Shown one piece after another: positions 1 to 11,944 of a DNA stretch of 64,000 bases. The notes beneath the pieces were generated by a model. It searched no databases. It was not told where the DNA came from and worked only from the letters and a program-made list of their open reading frames with translations. Source of the DNA: an uncultured Rivularia sp. (GTDB taxonomy: Bacteria; Cyanobacteriota; Cyanobacteriia; Cyanobacteriales; Nostocaceae). Every line of letters begins with the position of its first letter. Position 1 is the first letter of the stretch. The position numbers and the translations under genes are program-made. The DNA lies in contig OY762007.1 of NCBI GenBank assembly GCA_963665115.1, forward strand, positions 832,001-896,000, written 5' to 3'.

Positions 1-3
1 CCC

Positions 4-1215
4 TTAATAATTATGAATTATTTCTGCTGGGGCCCAAATGCGAGTAGGCATTCCCCAAATGTAAATAAATCCTTCAGCAGCTTTGTGATCGAATTTATCT
101 TCTGAACCGTAGGTTGCCATCTCAGGATTATAGAGGGAACTATCTGAATGACGACCAACAACGATCGCATTGCCTTTAAAAAGTTTCATTCGCACGGTTC
201 CAGAAACTCGTTCTTGTGTCTTTTGAATAAAGGCATCAAGTGCTGCTTTGAGCGGACTAAACCATAAGCCGTTGTAAATTAGTTGGCTGTAAGTTTCTTC
301 GATACCGCGCTTGTAGTGGCTGACATCCGCCGTCAAAGTCAAACTTTCCAAATCGCGATGTGCTTGAATTAAAGCCACCATTGCCGGAGACTCGTAGATT
401 TCTCGCGATTTGATGCCTACCAAACGGTTTTCGATCATGTCGATGCGTCCTACACCGTGATTTCCTACCAGTTGGTTGAGTTGAGCAATCAGTTCAATTG
501 GGTTTTTGGATTCACCATTGAGAGTCGCCGGAATACCTTTAACAAAACCGATTTCGACGTACTCTGGTTGATCGGGAGTATCGGCGATCGCCTTTGTCAT
601 CTCATAGATTTCTTCTGGGGGTTCGTATGATGGATCTTCTAAAGGACCAGCTTCAATACTCCTACCGAGAAGGTTTTTGTCAATACTGTAAGGGGAAGAT
701 TTTTTAACTGGTGAGGGAATACCAAAACTTTCCCCGTAAGCAATAGTTTCTTCCCGACTCATGCCCCATTCCCTTGCTGGTGCTAGTATTTTTAGATTGG
801 GGTTCATAGCCGCAACAGCTACGTCGAAACGAACTTGGTCGTTACCTTTTCCAGTACAACCGTGTGCGATCGCATCGGCTTCGTATTTTTGGGCTGCTTC
901 TACCAATGCTTTGGCAATTAATGGACGTGCAAGAGCAGTTGCCAGAGGATAACGATTTTCGTAGATAGCGTTAGCTTGAATGGCAGGGAAAGCATAATCT
1001 TTAATAAAGCTTTCTTGGACATTCACCACTAGCGATTCACTTGCACCAGACTTGAGAGCTTTCTCACGAACTGGCTCTAATTCCTCACCTTGACCTAAAT
1101 CTGCTGCGAGAGTAATTACTTCTTCTACTCCCCACTCTTGTTTGAGGTAGGGGATACACACTGATGTATCTACTCCACCAGAATATGCTAAGACAACCTT
1201 TTTAGCGCGACCCAT
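4..1215 (-). CDS. argG: Argininosuccinate synthase
   Basis: 403 aa with [23 protein letters not shown] and GIKSREIYE motifs. Confidence 0.98.
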   Translation of the reverse strand: MGRAKKVVLAYSGGVDTSVCIPYLKQEWGVEEVITLAADLGQGEELEPVREKALKSGASESLVVNVQESFIKDYAFPAIQANAIYENRYPLATALARPLIAKALVEAAQKYEADAIAHGCTGKGNDQVRFDVAVAAMNPNLKILAPAREWGMSREETIAYGESFGIPSPVKKSSPYSIDKNLLGRSIEAGPLEDPSYEPPEEIYEMTKAIADTPDQPEYVEIGFVKGIPATLNGESKNPIELIAQLNQLVGNHGVGRIDMIENRLVGIKSREIYESPAMVALIQAHRDLESLTLTADVSHYKRGIEETYSQLIYNGLWFSPLKAALDAFIQKTQERVSGTVRMKLFKGNAIVVGRHSDSSLYNPEMATYGSEDKFDHKAAEGFIYIWGMPTRIWAPAEIIHNY

Positions 1216-1892
1216 TGATTATTTCTCGATGCTGTAGAACGACGAATGTCTATTATCTAATTAATTTAGGTATATTCTCCTCAGTATTTATACTAATTCA
1301 GTATTTTCTACAGACTGTATAGACACTTGCCTAAGTATGAGTGTAACTAAAAAACTCAGGATAAATGCAGAGGTTAACACTCTGAGATAGAAGTATAAAA
1401 GCTAAAACTGATGACTTTTTTATTTTGAGCAAGAAATGATGTAGCTGATTTTGAAGTTAAAACTAGAGCCTAACTTACTTCATTCGATAAATTTTTTAAG
1501 TATTTACACTATATATTTGTAAAATTTTTGTAATTTTTTATTTTTAATTTCTGCAAAAATTACTAAATATTTATATTCAGTGCAGTATTTTTATTCATAA
1601 TTATAAATAAGCGGAAGTCGCTACTATCTTAATCTAGTACTTCTTCTCAATGTAAAAAGTAACGGTAAAAAAAAATTTATAAATATAAAATTATAATGGC
1701 TAATAATTCGATTGGCAACGAATTAGTCCGCGCGATTAATTGAAGTATTTTTAGATAATTTTTATCAAACTTTAGTAATTTCATGCTCTTCATTCCAAAT
1801 CAATATAGGATGAATTTATATTAAATAAGATATTCTCCTAAAACTTATACAGAAGCGAAAATTATTGTGTTATCAATCTAAGATTTATTATT

Positions 1893-2666
1893 ATGCATTC
1901 AAAACTTAAATGGCTGATTCCAGTAGCTTTTACCTGTGTTGCTTTTGGGTCAAATATCCAAAGTGCAAAAGCGCAAACAAGTGTAAATAAAGAATTCGAG
2001 ATTACATACGATACGTTATTTACATTAAGACCAATTGAAGAGCAACCGGGATTTTTTACTGCTCAGATTTCAGGAATTTCTCAAGAAAGTAATACTGCTT
2101 TCGGATTAACTAATTTTGAAAGTAATGCTTTCGGAAAATTGGTATCCCAAGAAACTATTACCGACGAGAACGGAAATATAGTACCAGTAAATCAAAAATT
2201 TCAATTCAATGCGAATCCCAACGTTATAGGTTTAGAAAATCCACTGCAATCTGTTATAGATCGGCGTATTGAATTAGGAGTAGTAAACCCACAAGCAAAT
2301 TCCGATATATATTTTGGTGACACCGCTAATAAGTTATTTGGACAAGCAGCCGATGAGGCTGAAATTAACTTCTTTCCTCCAGGTACTCCAAACTTTCCAG
2401 GTACAGTAAGCGGTGGGGGTATTATAAATATTACTGGAGGAACGGGTGTATTTAAAAACGCCAGCGGTGAAATAACTTTCGAGCAGAGCGATCGCCTTCC
2501 ATTAGATCAAAATGCTCCCGCTCCCGGTGTAGCAACATTGAAATTCAACATACAAACACCAAAATCGGTACCAGAGTCTACAAGTGCTTTTGGGTTATCT
2601 GCGGGAGTATTTGGTGCTGGTTTAATTTTGCGTCGCAATCGTCGTAAAGCTGCTTTGAAGCGATAA
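1893..2666 (+). CDS. PEP-CTERM sorting-domain exported protein
   Basis: N-terminal signal peptide (…SAKA/Q); C-terminal VPES motif, hydrophobic helix and RRNRRK basic tail. Confidence 0.88.
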   Translation: MHSKLKWLIPVAFTCVAFGSNIQSAKAQTSVNKEFEITYDTLFTLRPIEEQPGFFTAQISGISQESNTAFGLTNFESNAFGKLVSQETITDENGNIVPVNQKFQFNANPNVIGLENPLQSVIDRRIELGVVNPQANSDIYFGDTANKLFGQAADEAEINFFPPGTPNFPGTVSGGGIINITGGTGVFKNASGEITFEQSDRLPLDQNAPAPGVATLKFNIQTPKSVPESTSAFGLSAGVFGAGLILRRNRRKAALKR

Positions 2667-2917
2667 TACTTAAGCCCGGTTTCTATAAGCAATCAAGTTT
2701 GTAACAAGTTGCCATACACTTAGAAACCGGGTTGATAATTTCATCAGTATAAATCACTATAGACAATAGTAATAAAAATACATATGAAAATTAAATACTG
2801 TTATAAGTTTTTAATACGCAGCAATTAAATCACAATTTCCGTAATCGGAGTCAGGTAAGGAACAGCAGTATAGTTGTAGCTGTCCTATTTTAAGGGAATA
2901 GTGTTGGGGGTGAAACT

Positions 2918-3866
2918 GTGTTTTTTAGTGTTGTGATTCCGACTTACAATCGCAAACCGATTTTGGAAAAGTGTCTCAAAGCTTTAGAAGTACAGGCTTT
3001 GAGTCAGAATGCGGTGACAGATTACGAAATAGTTTTGGTAGATGATGGTTCTACCGACGGTACTTTGGAGTGGTTAGAAACACACAAAGATGATTTTCCC
3101 CATGTACGAACCTTCGAGCAAGAACATATGGGACCCTGCTGCGGCACGGAATTTGGGGGTAGAAAAAGCGAAAGGCGATACAATAATTTTTATTGATAGC
3201 GATTTAGTCGTTACAGAAGTTTTTCTCCAAGCTCATGCAGATGCGCTGACTAAAGGACAGAAAGAGTTAGGAAGTGACAGGCTTTTTACTTATGGTGCGG
3301 TAATTAATACCGCGAATTTCGAGAATCCAACTTCCGAACCGTATAAATTAACTGATTATTCTGCCGCTTTTTTTGCTACAGGAAACGTTGCCATTCCCAA
3401 GCATTGGTTGGAGAAAGCTGGACTTTTCGATACTGGTTTTCAACTTTATGGTTGGGAAGATTTGGAATTAGGAGTAAGGCTGAAAAATTTGGGTTTAAAG
3501 TTAATTAAATGTCCTGAAGCAGTAGGTTATCATTGGCATCCAGCTTTTGATTTAGAGCAAATTCCTAATTTAATTGATAAAGAAATTCAGCGGGGACGCA
3601 TGGGAGTTTTGTTTTATCAAAAGCATCCCACTTGGGATGTGCGAATGATGATTCAAATGACTTGGTTACACCGTTTACTTTGGGGTGTTCTTTCGCTGAA
3701 TGGTGCGCTAAACGAGCGGACGATGGCTCCATTCTTGCGACGATTAATTAAATCTGGAAAACCGCAGTTAGCTTTAGAAGTAGCTCGAATTTTCTTGAAT
3801 TGGTATAACGTTCAAGGTGTTTACGCTGCTTATATGGAAGCGAAAAAAGAACACAAGTTTAGTTAA
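2918..3866 (+). CDS. Family 2 glycosyltransferase, split by a +1 frameshift at the C-run 3134-3136
   Basis: SVVIPTYNR…VDDGSTD in ORF1 and AARNLG…FIDSD…GWEDLELG in ORF2; removing one C restores GPAAARN. Confidence 0.9.
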
Positions 3867-3883
3867 AGAATTAGTGGGCTATA

Positions 3884-3914
3884 TAAACCCGGTTTTTTGA
3901 AGAAATCGGGTTTA
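3884..3914. terminator. Hairpin between convergent genes (probable bidirectional terminator or small repeat)
   Basis: taaacccggttt…aaatcgggttta inverted repeat; a related cccggtttct…agaaaccggg arm pair lies at ~2675-2731. Confidence 0.5.
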
Positions 3915-3930
3915 TTAATTTCTATGTTAA

Positions 3931-5376
3931 CTAATCATTTTTAATCGGGATTTCAATCGAAAATTCGGTATATTTTCCGTACTTAGTTCTATATTTTAGA
4001 TTGCCGTTATGCTTTTTAACTATAATTTGATAGCTTATTGATAGTCCTAAACCTTTTCCTTTACCTACAGGTTTATTTGTAAAGAAAGGGTCAAATATTT
4101 TGGTTTGAATATTTTCTGGAATTCCCATTCCATTATCAGCAATTCTGACTATAAGATTATTTTCAGGGGAAATTTCTGTATGAATGCGAATTGTAGGTAA
4201 TTGAGTAATATTATTTTCTAAGTCTGTTATCTCTTGTTTCCGATTATATTTTTCTTCAAGAGCATCAACAGCATTCGATAATATATGTAGAAAAGCTTGG
4301 TTTATTTGTGCTGCATAGCATTCTACTTTTGGGAGCTTGTCATATTCTTTAATAATTTTTATTTCAGGACGTTCTAACGTTGCTTTGAGTCGATGTTGCA
4401 AAATTAATAACGTACTATCTATACCTTCGTGAATATTAACAGGTTTTTTTTGAGACTCATCTAATCGAGAAAAATTTCGTAAAGACAAAACAATATTTTG
4501 AATGCGTTCGGCTCCTGCATCCATTGAAGATAATATATTAGGTAAATCTTCTGCCAAAAATTCTGTATCTACTGCTGCGGTTTTATCTTTAATTTCAGTA
4601 TGAGGTTCGGGATAGTGCTGTTGATAAAGAGAAAGTAAATCGAGTAAGTCACGAACGTAACTATTCACATAGTCAAGATTTGCATAAATAAAGGTGACTG
4701 GATTATTTATTTCGTGAGCTATTCCAGCAACCATCTCACCCAAACTTGACATTTTTTCACTTTGAATCAGATGAACTTGAGTTTGTTTTAACTTACCTAA
4801 AGTTTGATTTAACTGCTGATTTGTATCGCGTAAATTTTGCTCTACTTGCTTTCGATAAGTTATATTTTGGTTTAATTTAGTTAAATTGATTGTTAGCTCT
4901 AATTGACTTATTACCTGACGGCTTAAAGCTTGTAAAGTTTGTAATTGTTCGGGGCTAAGTTCTCTAGGTTTATTATCAATAGCACATAGTGTACCGATAG
5001 GAAATCCATCAGGTGTTACTAAAGCTGCACCAGCATAAAATCTGATATTAGGTTCTGATATTACAAATGGGTTATTAGCAAATCGCTCATCTTCTTCAGC
5101 ATTGGGAATAATCATCATCTTTTCTGGCTGAAGTATGGTGTAAGCACAAAAAGCTAGTTCTCTAGGGCTTTCCGTAACTTCTAAACCATATTTCGATTTA
5201 AACCATTGTCGATCTGTATCTATTAAGCTGATAAAAGAAATTGGAGTATCGCAAATGTGTGCTGCTATTGCCGTCAAATCATCGAATCGTTGTTCTGCTT
5301 GAGTATCTAAAACCTGATATTTAATCAGTGCTTGGAGCCTATCGTCTTCGTTGTCAGGTAAAGGTGGTAAATTCAT
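3931..5376 (-). CDS. GAF sensor histidine kinase
   Basis: N-terminal GAF (DRQWFKS…FC…IRFYAGAAL), H-box AHEINNP, HATPase DNGMGI/FFTNK/GKGLGLS. Confidence 0.95.
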   Translation of the reverse strand: MNLPPLPDNEDDRLQALIKYQVLDTQAEQRFDDLTAIAAHICDTPISFISLIDTDRQWFKSKYGLEVTESPRELAFCAYTILQPEKMMIIPNAEEDERFANNPFVISEPNIRFYAGAALVTPDGFPIGTLCAIDNKPRELSPEQLQTLQALSRQVISQLELTINLTKLNQNITYRKQVEQNLRDTNQQLNQTLGKLKQTQVHLIQSEKMSSLGEMVAGIAHEINNPVTFIYANLDYVNSYVRDLLDLLSLYQQHYPEPHTEIKDKTAAVDTEFLAEDLPNILSSMDAGAERIQNIVLSLRNFSRLDESQKKPVNIHEGIDSTLLILQHRLKATLERPEIKIIKEYDKLPKVECYAAQINQAFLHILSNAVDALEEKYNRKQEITDLENNITQLPTIRIHTEISPENNLIVRIADNGMGIPENIQTKIFDPFFTNKPVGKGKGLGLSISYQIIVKKHNGNLKYRTKYGKYTEFSIEIPIKND

Positions 5377-5540
5377 TTATGTCTAATATATCTGAATTAA
5401 TAAATTAAGTGACAATAAATCACAATTAACATTTGAGCTTACTTTTATTTGCTCTCAATCAAAAACAGCACAAACACCGAAATACGGTTTTCCGCCTCAA
5501 ACGCGGCATTTTTATGTGGTAAATTAGAAAAGTTTTCTAA

Positions 5541-5612
5541 TCTCGCACATCTAGGAATTCGGGTGTTTCCAGCAAGGAAATGCGACTAGATGGAGGTTTA
5601 ACCCGAATAGGA
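5541..5612 (+). ncRNA. rpsB leader (ribosomal protein S2 autoregulatory RNA, t44-like)
   Basis: Directly 5' of rpsB. catctag 5548-5554 pairs with ctagatg 5586-5592; inner tttcc/ggaaa stem; attcgggt 5557-5564 pairs with acccgaat 5601-5608 (pseudoknot); TGGAGG motif typical of S2 leaders. Confidence 0.78.
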
Positions 5613-5620
5613 GAAAAAAT

Positions 5621-6439
5621 ATGCCTGTTGTTTCGTTGGCTCAAATGATGGAGTCGGGAGTTCACTTCGGACATCAAACCCGAAGATGGAACCCCAAAAT
5701 GTCTCCTTACATTTATACTTCTCGTAATGGAGTACATATCATTGACTTGGTGCAAACTGCCCAGTTGATGGATAATGCATATACTTATATGCGAACTCAA
5801 GCAGAACAAGGTAAGAAATTTCTGTTTGTAGGTACCAAAAGACAAGCTGCGGGAATTATTGCTCAGGAAGCAAGCCGCAGTGGTGCCCACTATATTAACC
5901 AGCGCTGGTTAGGTGGAATGCTCACCAACTGGACGACTATTAAGACAAGAGTAGATCGTTTAAAAGACTTGGAACGTCGTGAAGAAAGCGGTGCGCTAGA
6001 TATGCTTCCGAAGAAAGAAGCTTCAATGCTGCGTCGGGAGCTATCAAAGCTGCAAAAGTACCTCGGTGGGATTAAAACCATGCGTAAAATCCCTGATGTG
6101 GTAATTATTGTGGATCAGCGCCGGGAATATAACGCGGTTCAAGAATGTGAAAAGCTCGGATTGCCTATTGTATCTATGTTAGATACTAATTGCGACCCCG
6201 ATGTTGTCGATATTCCCATTCCAGCTAACGATGACGCTATCCGTTCGATTAAGTTGATAGTCGGTAAATTAGCTGACGCTATCTACGAAGGTTATCACGG
6301 CCAACTAAGTAGCGATGATGAAGACGAATACGATTACGAAGACAGCGGCGAATACGATTACGAAGACAGCAGCGAATACAGCGAATCTTCCGAAGAATCT
6401 TCTGAAGATAGTCAAGAAGGGGAATCCACTGAAGGATAA
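5621..6439 (+). CDS. rpsB: 30S ribosomal protein S2
   Basis: [25 protein letters not shown] and PANDDAIRS motifs; acidic tail with a 24-bp tandem duplication (EYDYEDS twice). Confidence 0.99.
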   Translation: MPVVSLAQMMESGVHFGHQTRRWNPKMSPYIYTSRNGVHIIDLVQTAQLMDNAYTYMRTQAEQGKKFLFVGTKRQAAGIIAQEASRSGAHYINQRWLGGMLTNWTTIKTRVDRLKDLERREESGALDMLPKKEASMLRRELSKLQKYLGGIKTMRKIPDVVIIVDQRREYNAVQECEKLGLPIVSMLDTNCDPDVVDIPIPANDDAIRSIKLIVGKLADAIYEGYHGQLSSDDEDEYDYEDSGEYDYEDSSEYSESSEESSEDSQEGESTEG

Positions 6440-6824
6440 AGTTTAAACGGCTTTATCAATTCAGCAACAAAGAAAAACGTGGGAGGCATGATATCGATCG
6501 TGGTACAAGTCTACCCGAAAATCATACTTGTACGCGAGCAAAAAATATACGGTGACAAGGGGAAATATAGTATCCTACTAAATCTCCTGAGTATAAGTGC
6601 CTCCCTTTTTTTCAGGGGGCGATCGCCATCGAGGCTAGATATTTTATTTCTCTTCAAATATCGTAACAAGATCGCTGCCTCCTGCTTCTTTACACCTCGA
6701 ACTTCCCAATAATTTAAGCCGAACGATAAAAATATTTCTGAGTATCTCACTGCTTGCGTAATATAGAAATACTCAATATCCCATCTTCGATTAAAACTAT
6801 CAGTTAAGTATAAATTGAGGCAAC

Positions 6825-7766
6825 ATGGCGGAAATATCTGCAAAATTAGTTTCAGAGTTACGAAAAAAAACCGGCGCTGGCATGATGGATTGCAAAAAAG
6901 CGCTGAAAGAAACCGAAGGTGACATCGAAAAAGGCATCGAATGGTTACGCCAAAAAGGCATTGCTGGTGCAACCAAAAAGAGCGATCGCATTGCTGCTGA
7001 AGGTTTAATTGATACCTACATTGACCCAAGTAGTCAGGTAGGTGTATTAATAGAAGTCAACTGCCAAACTGACTTTGTTGCTCGTAATGATGCTTTCAAA
7101 GCTTTGGTGCAAAACTTAGCCAAGCAAGCCGCAACTGTTGATAGTGTTGAAGCTTTATTAAGCCAGCCCTATACCGAAAACAAAGAAAAAACAGTTGAGC
7201 AATCTATTACCGAGGCGATCGCCCATTTAGGAGAAAATATCAAAGTACGTCGCTTTGAAAACTATTCCGCTTCCGAAAATCAAGGTGTTGTAGATAGCTA
7301 CATTCACACTGGCGGTAGAGTAGGCGTGTTAGTTGAACTAAAATGCGCTTCAGAGAAGGCTACTGGTAACGAGGAAGTTCAAACATTAGCGCGAAACGTT
7401 GCAATGCAGGTTGCTGCTTGTCCAAACGTTGAGTATGTAAATGTAAGCGAAATTCCTACTGAAATCTCCGCCAAAGAAAAAGAGATCGAAATGGGGCGCG
7501 ATGACTTAGCGAAGAAACCTGACAATATCAAAGAAAAAATTGTTCAAGGAAGAATCGATAAGCGTCTCAAAGAAATGACTTTGTTAGATCAGCCTTACAT
7601 TCGAGATCAAAGCACCTCGATTGAAGAATTGGTAAAACAAACGGGAAGTAGCGTCGGTGAAGAAATTTCCATTAGCCGCTTTACCCGTTATATTCTCGGC
7701 GAAGGTATTGATAAAAAAGAAGAAGACTTTGCCTCAGAAGTTGCCGCCCAAATGGGTAACAAGTAG
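6825..7766 (+). CDS. tsf: Translation elongation factor Ts
   Basis: [16 protein letters not shown] and [10 protein letters not shown] motifs; follows rpsB. Confidence 0.99.
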   Translation: MAEISAKLVSELRKKTGAGMMDCKKALKETEGDIEKGIEWLRQKGIAGATKKSDRIAAEGLIDTYIDPSSQVGVLIEVNCQTDFVARNDAFKALVQNLAKQAATVDSVEALLSQPYTENKEKTVEQSITEAIAHLGENIKVRRFENYSASENQGVVDSYIHTGGRVGVLVELKCASEKATGNEEVQTLARNVAMQVAACPNVEYVNVSEIPTEISAKEKEIEMGRDDLAKKPDNIKEKIVQGRIDKRLKEMTLLDQPYIRDQSTSIEELVKQTGSSVGEEISISRFTRYILGEGIDKKEEDFASEVAAQMGNK

Positions 7767-7793
7767 TTCCTTGAAGAACATTTTCGTTTTTAT

Positions 7794-7826
7794 ACAGGTC
7801 AAACTTTTGAAGATTGACCTGTTTTT
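7794..7826 (+). terminator. Rho-independent terminator of rpsB-tsf
   Basis: acaggtcaa…ttgacctgt stem followed by a T-run, just downstream of the tsf stop. Confidence 0.75.
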
Positions 7827-7831
7827 CATAA

Positions 7832-7935
7832 TTAGTAGTTAGTTGTTAGTTGTTAGTTGAAACTCCCTACTTTCTACTTGTTACTTGCTACTCTCTACTT
7901 GCTACTTGCTACTTGCTACTTGCTACTTTCTACTT
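7832..7935. repeat. STRR-type heptamer tandem repeats
   Basis: (ttagttg)n followed by (cttgcta)n. Confidence 0.85.
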
Positions 7936-8092
7936 CAATTACATTAGACAAAATTAATAGATTAATTTCACATAATTTAACGCTTAAATAATTATCAAAA
8001 TTAAGGGTATTTTTAAATCTTAATAATGATTATTTGGGAATTATTGCGTACCTTTGTACCACAGAATACGATAAAATGGAAAATAAGAAGAT

Positions 8093-9173
8093 ATGGCAAG
8101 ACCAATCGAGCGAATAGAGCAGGATATTGTCGAGCTAGAAAAATCGATAGGATTCATAGCCGAACAACTCCAAAGTGCTTATAGCAGTTACTTAGAAGTT
8201 TTGGGACAAGCATTACGTCAGCAATTGATTTTAGCAAGTTACCATCTGTGTACCCAAGGATACCCAGATAGTTTTCTAAAATTGTCTTTGAATCAACGAC
8301 AGAAATTGCAGAAAGCTATGCGTAAATTGGCAAAATCCGCAGTCCAAGATATGCAAACTCTAATGAACGATGAAGAGGAAGCAGAAGAAACTGAAAATGA
8401 TTTAGAAGAAAGTAATTTAGACTCAGAAGAAGAGGAGATAGAAGAAGATTTAGAAGATGAAAAATTAGACTTTGAAGATGACGATTTAGAAGAAATTGTA
8501 GAAAAGTTAGAAATAGAAGATGAAGATTTAGAAGAAATTGTAGAAAAGTTAGAAATGGAAGACGAAGAAGAGCCAAATATTTTTTCTGAAAATGCTTCTC
8601 CCAGTTCACTTCCCTTAGATGCCAAAATAGCTTTTTTATCTGCCAAAAAAGGTCAGGCTCCCATATTCTTCTCAGAACCCGATTTTGATAAAGATTGGAA
8701 AAATTGGTTTAGCCCCAAGACTTCCAATCCAATGGAATTAGCTGCTTGGCAAAAAAACTTAGAAAGAGCTATTGGCTATATAATAAAAAGTCTATCTCGT
8801 GATGGCAATCGTTTGTTGCAAAAAGCTGGTATATTACCAAGAAAACTACCAGAGCAAGTTTTGGAAGCTGCTGTTGCTTCCTCCGAAGCATCTTCAGATG
8901 TGATGCCGGGGGCCACCTAATCTACTAAACTTAGTAGTGGGAATTCAAAGTGAAGAACAGCAGGAACCCGAAAACTTAACGCAAGTTATGGCTTTAAACT
9001 TACGGTTAGTTGAAATAGAATTTGCCGATCTTAAACTTTCCTCCGAACGCAAGCAGATTCGCAATATATTGAATCAGTTAAACAAGTTAGGCAGAGAGTA
9101 CCAAAAGAAACAGCGAGAACATTCCATAGCTTCTGCTGAAGCAGCTTGGCGTGCTAGCTGGTATGAAGACTAA
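8093..9173 (+). CDS. Conserved cyanobacterial hypothetical protein upstream of recG, split by a +1 frameshift at the G-run 8908-8912
   Basis: Removing one G joins ORF 8093-8920 to 8937-9173 (…MPGPPNLLNLVV…AEAAWRASWYED). The acidic centre holds a 42-bp duplication (DLEEIVEKLE twice). Confidence 0.8.
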
Positions 9174-9175
9174 TC

Positions 9176-9328
9176 GGAGTTAGGAGTTAGGAGTGAGTAG
9201 CGAGTAGCGAGTAGTAAGTAGAGAGTAGAGAGTAGAGAGTAGAGAGTAGAGAGTAGTTAAGAATTCTCTCCCCATCTCCCCATCCCCCGATGCCCCATCC
9301 CCGATGCCCATTGCCCAATCAATGCCCC
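9176..9328. repeat. STRR-type heptamer tandem repeats
   Basis: (ggagtta)n, (gagtaga)n, then ccccatc/tgccc-type units. Confidence 0.85.
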
Positions 9329-11806
9329 ATGATAGACGAAAAACCAGATTGGATAAGATTGCAAAAAGCTCTGTCGGTGGAAACGGAACGGGGTTTTATT
9401 AATTTGAAGGGTAGGCAATATCTCTTCAATGAGTTTTTGACTTTAACTTTTGGTAAATTTCCTGCTGGCTTACCTAGTGAAGAGCGTCGTCGCTGGCTGG
9501 ATTTTTCGGTTAAGTTTGCAAATTATCCAAATCTGGAAACTGAAGATAGGCAGCATTTGGTGGCGGAAACTCGCCGATATCTTTATAGTTTGCAGCAAAT
9601 CGAGCGGGGAGATGGTGAAACTAATTCAAATTCAAATTCAAAATCAATTAAAATCCAAATTCCTAAAACTAAAGTAGTAGCTGAAGTAAGTCGCCGACTT
9701 GCGCCGGAATTAAACCAAAAGCTGATCGATTTACCGGAAATTGGCTTTAAAAAGGCGGCTAAATTACAGCGTCTTGGTTTATCTACGGTGCGCGATTTAC
9801 TATATTACTTTCCCCGCGACCATATTGACTATGCGAATCAAGTATGTATTGCGGAGTTACAAGTAGGTGAAACGGTGACGCTGGTGGCAACGGTGAAGCG
9901 CTGTAATTGCTTTTGCAGCCCTAAAAATAAAAAATTATCGATTTTAGAAATTCAGTTAAAAGATAAATCCGGTATTTTAAAGATTAGCCGTTTTTATGCG
10001 GGGAATCGTTACAGCAGTCGCGGCTGGCAAGAAAGTATGAAGCGCCGTTACGTTGCTGGTAGTACTGTGGCTGCTTGCGGTTTGGTAAAGGAAAGTAGGT
10101 ACGGTTTAACTCTTGATAATCCAGAGTTGGAAGTTTTGGCGAATCCAGAAGATGAAATTGAATCGCTGACTGTGGGTAGAGTTGTTCCAGTGTATTCTTT
10201 AACTGAGGGACTCGTAGCGAGTACGGTGCGACAAGCCGTAATTTCTGCTTTACCAGCAACCGCGCAATTAAAAGAACCTTTACCAAAGGGTTTGCGGAAG
10301 AAATATCAGTTAATGGAATTGAAAGACGCGATTAATAACATTCATTTCCCTCCCGATAGCGATAGTTTGCGAGCGGCACGTCGTCGTCTGGTGTTTGATG
10401 AATTTTTTTACCTGCAACTCGGTTTACTGCAACGCCAGCAAAAAGCCCGTCAAGTTCAAAGGAGTGCGATTCTTGCTCCTAAAGGTGAATTATTGCAGCA
10501 GTTTCATCAAATATTACCGTTTAAGTTGACGGGGGCACAGGAACGAGTTATTCAAGATATTCTTAACGATTTACAAAAACCCGCAGCAATGAATCGTTTA
10601 GTACAGGGAGATGTAGGCTCGGGTAAAACGATTGTGGCAGTAGTGGCGATTATTGCCGCCATTCAATCGGGATATCAAGCAGCTTTGATGGCTCCTACGG
10701 AAGTTTTAGCAGAACAGCATTATCGTAAGTTAGTTAGCTGGTTTAACCTGCTGCATTTACCAGTGGATTTACTTACAGGCTCTACAAAAGTCGCAAAAAG
10801 AAGACAAATCCACGCCCAGTTAGAAACCGGAGAATTACCGCTTTTAGTCGGTACTCATGCTTTAATTCAAGACCCCGTGAACTTTCACAGATTGGGTTTG
10901 GTGGTAATCGACGAACAGCATCGTTTTGGAGTGGAACAGCGAGCGCGGTTGCAGCAAAAAGGCGAACAGCCTCACGTGTTAACAATGACCGCCACTCCCA
11001 TACCAAGAACCTTGGCGCTGACTATTCACGGCGATTTAGACGTAAGTCAAATTGATGAATTACCGCCAGGAAGACAAAAGATTAAAACTACAGCTTTAAA
11101 AGCAGGCGATCGCCCCCAAGCTTACGATTTGATCCGCCGAGAAATTGCTCAGGGAAGACAGGTTTATGTAGTGTTGCCTTTGGTGGAAGAATCGGAAAAA
11201 TTAGATTTGCGTTCTGCTGTAGATGAGCATAAAAAGTTACAAGAGGCGGTATTTCCCGAATTTCAGGTGGGGTTGCTGCACGGACGCATGAGTTCTGCCG
11301 ACAAAGACGAAGCAATTACCAAGTTTCGCGATCGAGAAACGCAAATTTTAGTTTCAACTACCGTAGTAGAAGTTGGCGTTGATGTTCCGAATGCAACGGT
11401 GATGCTAATTGAAAACGCGGAAAGATTCGGATTGTCGCAACTGCATCAATTGCGGGGACGTGTCGGTAGAGGAGCAGCACAGTCCTTTTGTCTTTTAGTC
11501 AGCGGTTCTCGTAGTGCCGACGCTCAACAAAGATTGAAAGTATTAGAACAGTCTCAAGACGGGTTTTTTATATCAGAAATGGATATGCGATTTAGAGGTC
11601 CCGGACAAGTTTTAGGAACTCGACAATCGGGTATTCCAGACTTTACTTTAGCAAGCTTAGTAGAAGACGAAGAAGTATTAGTTTTAGCCCGTCAAGCAGC
11701 AGAAAAAGTAATAGAAATAGACGCAAGTTTAGAACGGTGGAAATTGATGCAAGAAGAGTTGAAATACCGTTACGAACGGTTAATGGGTGGAACGATTTTG
11801 ACTTGA
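9329..11806 (+). CDS. recG: ATP-dependent DNA helicase RecG
   Basis: QGDVGSGKT, DEQHRFG, MTATPIPRT and QLRGRVGRG motifs. Start moved to ATG 9329 because the upstream extension is STRR-derived. Confidence 0.97.
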   Translation: MIDEKPDWIRLQKALSVETERGFINLKGRQYLFNEFLTLTFGKFPAGLPSEERRRWLDFSVKFANYPNLETEDRQHLVAETRRYLYSLQQIERGDGETNSNSNSKSIKIQIPKTKVVAEVSRRLAPELNQKLIDLPEIGFKKAAKLQRLGLSTVRDLLYYFPRDHIDYANQVCIAELQVGETVTLVATVKRCNCFCSPKNKKLSILEIQLKDKSGILKISRFYAGNRYSSRGWQESMKRRYVAGSTVAACGLVKESRYGLTLDNPELEVLANPEDEIESLTVGRVVPVYSLTEGLVASTVRQAVISALPATAQLKEPLPKGLRKKYQLMELKDAINNIHFPPDSDSLRAARRRLVFDEFFYLQLGLLQRQQKARQVQRSAILAPKGELLQQFHQILPFKLTGAQERVIQDILNDLQKPAAMNRLVQGDVGSGKTIVAVVAIIAAIQSGYQAALMAPTEVLAEQHYRKLVSWFNLLHLPVDLLTGSTKVAKRRQIHAQLETGELPLLVGTHALIQDPVNFHRLGLVVIDEQHRFGVEQRARLQQKGEQPHVLTMTATPIPRTLALTIHGDLDVSQIDELPPGRQKIKTTALKAGDRPQAYDLIRREIAQGRQVYVVLPLVEESEKLDLRSAVDEHKKLQEAVFPEFQVGLLHGRMSSADKDEAITKFRDRETQILVSTTVVEVGVDVPNATVMLIENAERFGLSQLHQLRGRVGRGAAQSFCLLVSGSRSADAQQRLKVLEQSQDGFFISEMDMRFRGPGQVLGTRQSGIPDFTLASLVEDEEVLVLARQAAEKVIEIDASLERWKLMQEELKYRYERLMGGTILT

Positions 11807-11944
11807 GAAGATTTTGGATTTTGGATTTTAGATTATAAAACAGCTTTAATTTTTATTCCCAATGCCCAATTCCCAATCCTCTTTCAAACAAAAAGAAGGC
11901 GATTCCCAAAAACCACCCCCTACACAAAATTATTTGAGTAAACT

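Noticed and set aside
6511..7029. 172-aa minus-strand ORF and the 77-aa ORF 6479-6712
   Set aside because: The first overlaps tsf antisense; neither has recognisable motifs. Treated as spurious.
8293..8646. Ser-rich and Leu-rich antisense ORFs
   Set aside because: Shadows of the acidic GAA/GAT-rich repeat in the sense gene.
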